A stretch of 64,000 nt of DNA from Alloiococcus sp. GTDB taxonomy: Bacteria > Bacillota > Bacilli > Lactobacillales > Carnobacteriaceae_A. Where the stretch lies: the NCBI GenBank assembly GCA_035301245.1, contig DATGUS010000072.1, forward strand, positions 54,053-118,052, read 5' to 3'. The notes under the pieces were generated by a model. It was not told the origin of the DNA, made no database searches, and was given only the letters and a program-made list of their open reading frames with translations. Of the stretch, positions 60,853-64,000 are shown in pieces. Positions within the stretch are counted from its first letter, which is position 1; every line of letters begins with the position of its first letter. The position numbers were made by a program, and so were the translations under genes.

Positions 60853-61461
60853 TTAAAAAGTGAAAGCTTCACCTGTATGAGCTGTTTCTTCTAGAACTAA
60901 AATACCTTTTTGCTGATCCGATTCAATATTTAATTCTCTTGCTGAACAGATCATTCCGTTACTTTTCACACCACGTAACTCTCCTGGCCAAATAACCATT
61001 CCATCTGGCATCACCGCACCAGGTTTAGCGACCACAACTTTCTGTCCTTGAGCAATATTGCTAGCCCCACAAACAATCTGTAACACTTCACCATTATCTA
61101 CTTCCGTTTGAGTAATGTTTAAATGATCGGAGTCTTCGTGAGGTTTACATTCTTTCACATAACCAACCACAAATTTGGGTGATGGGTCAGCAACTAATGT
61201 TGTTTTAAAACCAGACTCTTTAATTAAATCATTTAATTTTGACACTTGTTCTTTGGATAACTGAACTGGGCCATCTTCATCTAAGGATAAATGTTCTGAA
61301 ATATTAAAAAAATTGTACCCAACCACTTCATCTTGGTCATCGTTTTTAATTTCTACAACGTTACCGACACGTTTAAATGATTGATCTTCTTGTGCTGATT
61401 GGTTAAGCATCACAACTAAAATATCATCTAAAGATTTTCTATTATAACTTGCAACTAACAT
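60853..61461 (-). CDS. ytpR: YtpR tRNA-binding protein (DUF4479 plus OB fold)
   Basis: GYNFF, HEDSDHL, QIVCGA, GMICSAREL. Confidence 0.92.
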   Translation of the reverse strand: MLVASYNRKSLDDILVVMLNQSAQEDQSFKRVGNVVEIKNDDQDEVVGYNFFNISEHLSLDEDGPVQLSKEQVSKLNDLIKESGFKTTLVADPSPKFVVGYVKECKPHEDSDHLNITQTEVDNGEVLQIVCGASNIAQGQKVVVAKPGAVMPDGMVIWPGELRGVKSNGMICSARELNIESDQQKGILVLEETAHTGEAFTF

Positions 61462-61472
61462 ATTTGTCTCCT

Positions 61473-62543
61473 TTATTTAACAGTAATTGTATCCAGTGTT
61501 GATTTATCAAATGTCTTCATTAATTGAACGAGCATTTCTTTTGCAGCGTAGTAATCATCAATGTGGAAAAGTGTTTGATGCGTATGAATGTAACGCGCTG
61601 GAATACCTACAACACCCGTTGGAATACCTTCTAACAATTGATGAGCCGCTACTGCATCTGTTCCGCCATTACTTACGAAATATTGATAAGGTATGTTGTT
61701 TGATTCCGCAGTATCTAAAATATAATCTCTCATCTCTTTAGACATAATGTAACCTGGATCTTGAATACGGATCAGGATACCATCGCCAATACGACCGTTT
61801 GCATCCTTTTGGCCATCCATGTCATCGGCTGGTGAAGCATCAATCGCAAAGAACGCATCTGGTTGGAATTTACGCACTGCACCTCTTGTACCACGGAGGC
61901 CAACTTCTTCTTGTACGTTAGCACCAGCAATTAAGGTGTTTGGTAAAGTATCATCTTTCACTTCTTTTAATGCTTCAAGTACTGCTGTCACACCAAAACG
62001 GTTGTCCCATGCTTTCCCTAAAATAGTCTTGCCATTAGCCATTTGAATAGTTTCAACATCTGGAACAATCGGTTGTCCAGGGCGAACTCCGTAGCTTTCT
62101 GCTTCTTCTTTTGAAGAAAAACCAGCATCAAATAAAATATCTTCTACTTTGACTTTTTGACTGCCTCCGCCTCTAAGCAAATGAGGTGGAACCGAAGAAG
62201 ATACGACTGGATAATCACCATTATCTGTTTGCAGTGTAAAGCGTTGCGCAGAAACAACATACGGATTCCATCCACCCAGTGGGCGTACTTTAATTAGACC
62301 ATTAGTTGTAATATTAATAACCATAAAGCCTACTTCATCCATATGAGCAGCTAACATTAATTTCGGCGCGCCGTTATTCTTATTTTCACGTACACCAAAA
62401 ATACCACCTAAGCCGTCAACATGAACCTTGTCAACTAATGGAGTTAATTCATCTCTCATAAATGCTCTAATATTATGTTCAAAGCCACTAGTACTTTGAA
62501 TTTCAGTAATTTGTTTTATACGTTTAAAATCTTCTTGATTCAT
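61473..62543 (-). CDS. pepA: Glutamyl aminopeptidase (M42)
   Basis: AHMDEVG, KAWDNR, QEEVGLRG, GGTDA, RYIH. Confidence 0.93.
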   Translation of the reverse strand: MNQEDFKRIKQITEIQSTSGFEHNIRAFMRDELTPLVDKVHVDGLGGIFGVRENKNNGAPKLMLAAHMDEVGFMVINITTNGLIKVRPLGGWNPYVVSAQRFTLQTDNGDYPVVSSSVPPHLLRGGGSQKVKVEDILFDAGFSSKEEAESYGVRPGQPIVPDVETIQMANGKTILGKAWDNRFGVTAVLEALKEVKDDTLPNTLIAGANVQEEVGLRGTRGAVRKFQPDAFFAIDASPADDMDGQKDANGRIGDGILIRIQDPGYIMSKEMRDYILDTAESNNIPYQYFVSNGGTDAVAAHQLLEGIPTGVVGIPARYIHTHQTLFHIDDYYAAKEMLVQLMKTFDKSTLDTITVK

Positions 62544-62698
62544 ATGTATTGGTTAAATTATTAACCATTCCCTCCCTAACATCATATAAATAATTATACC
62601 ATTAATTGAGTGTCCTACAAAAGAAGTCACAATTCATTTGATTCGTTTCAAAAAACCGATTAGAATAAAGTAAATAAAAAAAGTGGGAGGTTAGAATT

Positions 62699-63034
62699 TT
62701 GAATCAATATTATAGAAAAGATAAGCAGTTAATGATCGGTGTTATTGTTAGTATCCTAAGTTTAGGATTATTTCTTATTTTTTACACTGAGTTTTTTGGA
62801 GTACGACGAATGAAAAGTCATCGTGTTCTAGAATCTGTAAAGAGCTCATTTAAAGAAGATGGGCCTATTGAGGGGTCATGGATTGAAATGACCGCTGTAC
62901 CTTACGATTTGCATGATAAAGATACAGAAGTTTATTACGGCGGAATTACTAAAACAGAAGCTGGTAAGATCGTACAATATAAATTTATTGCTGATGCTTA
63001 CACTGGCGAGGTTTTAAACACCTTTAAACTATAA
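62699..63034 (+). CDS. YtzB-like PepSY-domain membrane protein
   Basis: N-terminal TM, GPIEGSWI, VYYGGI, FIADAYTG; divergent from pepA. Confidence 0.82.
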   Translation: MNQYYRKDKQLMIGVIVSILSLGLFLIFYTEFFGVRRMKSHRVLESVKSSFKEDGPIEGSWIEMTAVPYDLHDKDTEVYYGGITKTEAGKIVQYKFIADAYTGEVLNTFKL

Positions 63035-63044
63035 AAAAGATAAT

Positions 63045-63125
63045 AAAAACACTGCTTTCAAATGTTTGTGCTACCCTGAGAGAGTTTATTCTAAATACAC
63101 ATTCATGAATGAAAACAGTGTTTTT
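63045..63125. terminator. Long-loop inverted repeat between convergent ytzB and trmB
   Basis: AAAAACACTGCTTTCA ... TGAAAACAGTGTTTTT. Confidence 0.5.
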
Positions 63126-63129
63126 GTTA

Positions 63130-63765
63130 TTAAAATGTTGCGTGAACACGGTAAATCGGGTGACCTTTAGCAGAAAATTTTTCTTCATATTCGGTCATAA
63201 TATTTCCTTCAAAATCACTATCATGTAAATCTAAATAAACTTCTTCTAATTGCATCCCATATTTTGAAAAGCTAACAAGCGAATATTCAAACAAGCCGCG
63301 GTTATCTGTTTTAAAATGTAACTCACCTTCATCGAATAATAAGGTTTCATAAACTTTTAAAAACGTTTTATAAGTAAGGCGACGTTTTTCATGACGATTC
63401 TTTGGCCATGGATCTGAAAAGGTTAAGTAAATTCGATCAACTTCACCGTCTTCAAAATAATCCGTTAGATCTTGACCATTCTCGTGTAAAAACTTAAGAT
63501 TTTGCAAGTCTGCTTCAACTTGTTTTTCTAATGCTGTCACAATTACACTAGATTGTCTTTCAATTCCGATAAAGTTAATGTCAGGGTTAGAACGCGCTAA
63601 TTCTACAATAAACTGTCCTTTTCCCATGCCGATTTCAATATGAATGGGGTTATTATTACCAAATATTTTTTTCCATTCACCTTTTAATTCTTCAGCATCT
63701 TGAAGCACATATTGTGAATGCTCTTCGATATAATCTTTCGCCCAAGGTTTATGTCTTAGTCGCAT
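63130..63765 (-). CDS. trmB: tRNA (guanine-N7)-methyltransferase
   Basis: [42 protein letters not shown]; ATG at 63765. Confidence 0.97.
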   Translation of the reverse strand: MRLRHKPWAKDYIEEHSQYVLQDAEELKGEWKKIFGNNNPIHIEIGMGKGQFIVELARSNPDINFIGIERQSSVIVTALEKQVEADLQNLKFLHENGQDLTDYFEDGEVDRIYLTFSDPWPKNRHEKRRLTYKTFLKVYETLLFDEGELHFKTDNRGLFEYSLVSFSKYGMQLEEVYLDLHDSDFEGNIMTEYEEKFSAKGHPIYRVHATF

Positions 63766-63825
63766 AATGTATCCTTTCATTTTAAAAGGGCTTGTCGATA
63801 TAAAATCTTAAGCCCAATTAATGTT

Positions 63826-63999
63826 TTAATTTAATTGTTGTAGTAATGTATCTAAGTTTGTTAATGAATCGTTCAAGTCATTAAGACGACGTTTGTAATA
63901 ATATTCTTTAATATCATTTAAAGAAGCCATAATCTGATACCATAAAACTTTTTCTTTAAATTGTTTGGATATAATACCTGTGTAATGACTGAGCCACTC
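63826..63999 (-). CDS. 3' end of a YtmP/CcrZ-like phosphotransferase (5' part outside window)
   Basis: Open frame EWLSHY...KVLWY...LQQLN-stop; ytmP-trmB synteny. Confidence 0.6.
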   Translation of the reverse strand, partial: EWLSHYTGIISKQFKEKVLWYQIMASLNDIKEYYYKRRLNDLNDSLTNLDTLLQQLN

Positions 64000-64000
64000 T

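Noticed and set aside
1-64000. CRISPR arrays, tRNA/rRNA, prophage, IS elements, defence systems
   Set aside because: No repeat-spacer arrays, structural RNA signatures, transposase, integrase or defence nuclease ORFs were seen

Overview
Low-GC Firmicute (Lactobacillales, Carnobacteriaceae/Aerococcaceae-like) core chromosome, with nearly all genes on the minus strand. In order it holds: xpaC-telA and a GlsB/YmgE stress gene; ileS with its T-box; the dcw cluster (mraZ-rsmH-ftsL-pbp-mraY-murD-murG-divIB-ftsA-ftsZ-sepF-ylmG-ylmH-divIVA); yceD-rpmF; the ykuJ-yqeGH-yhbY-nadD-yqeK-rsfS-yqeM-tmcAL cluster; ptsHI; CtsR-controlled clpE; prfC; the yjb region (relQ, nadK, rluA, CYTH, yjbH); spx-mecA-coiA-[ldcB-capA]-pepF; lplA; infC-rpmI-rplT with the L20 leader; thrS with its T-box; an aromatic amino acid-type ABC importer; polA-mutM-coaE-nrdR-dnaB-dnaI; pepA-ytpR-[sftA stub]-murC; ytzB; trmB and the 3' end of ccrZ/ytmP. 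I see no rRNA, tRNA, CRISPR array, phage or intact IS. The best new signal is an unannotated 22-codon leader peptide ending FYFSYFR, followed by a logically consistent cascade of mutually exclusive hairpins and a terminator. It lies upstream of the ABC importer and looks like a ribosome-mediated Phe/Tyr attenuator, where Firmicutes normally use a T-box. Also notable: a Spx with natural C10S/R60E/R92L substitutions, a motor-less SftA N-terminal stub, an LdcB-CapA lipoprotein pair between coiA and pepF, a hairpin-bridged Shine-Dalgarno (SD) at pepA, and several orphan operator-like palindromes. All calls come from manual motif recognition and recalled synteny; no database searches or folding programs were run.
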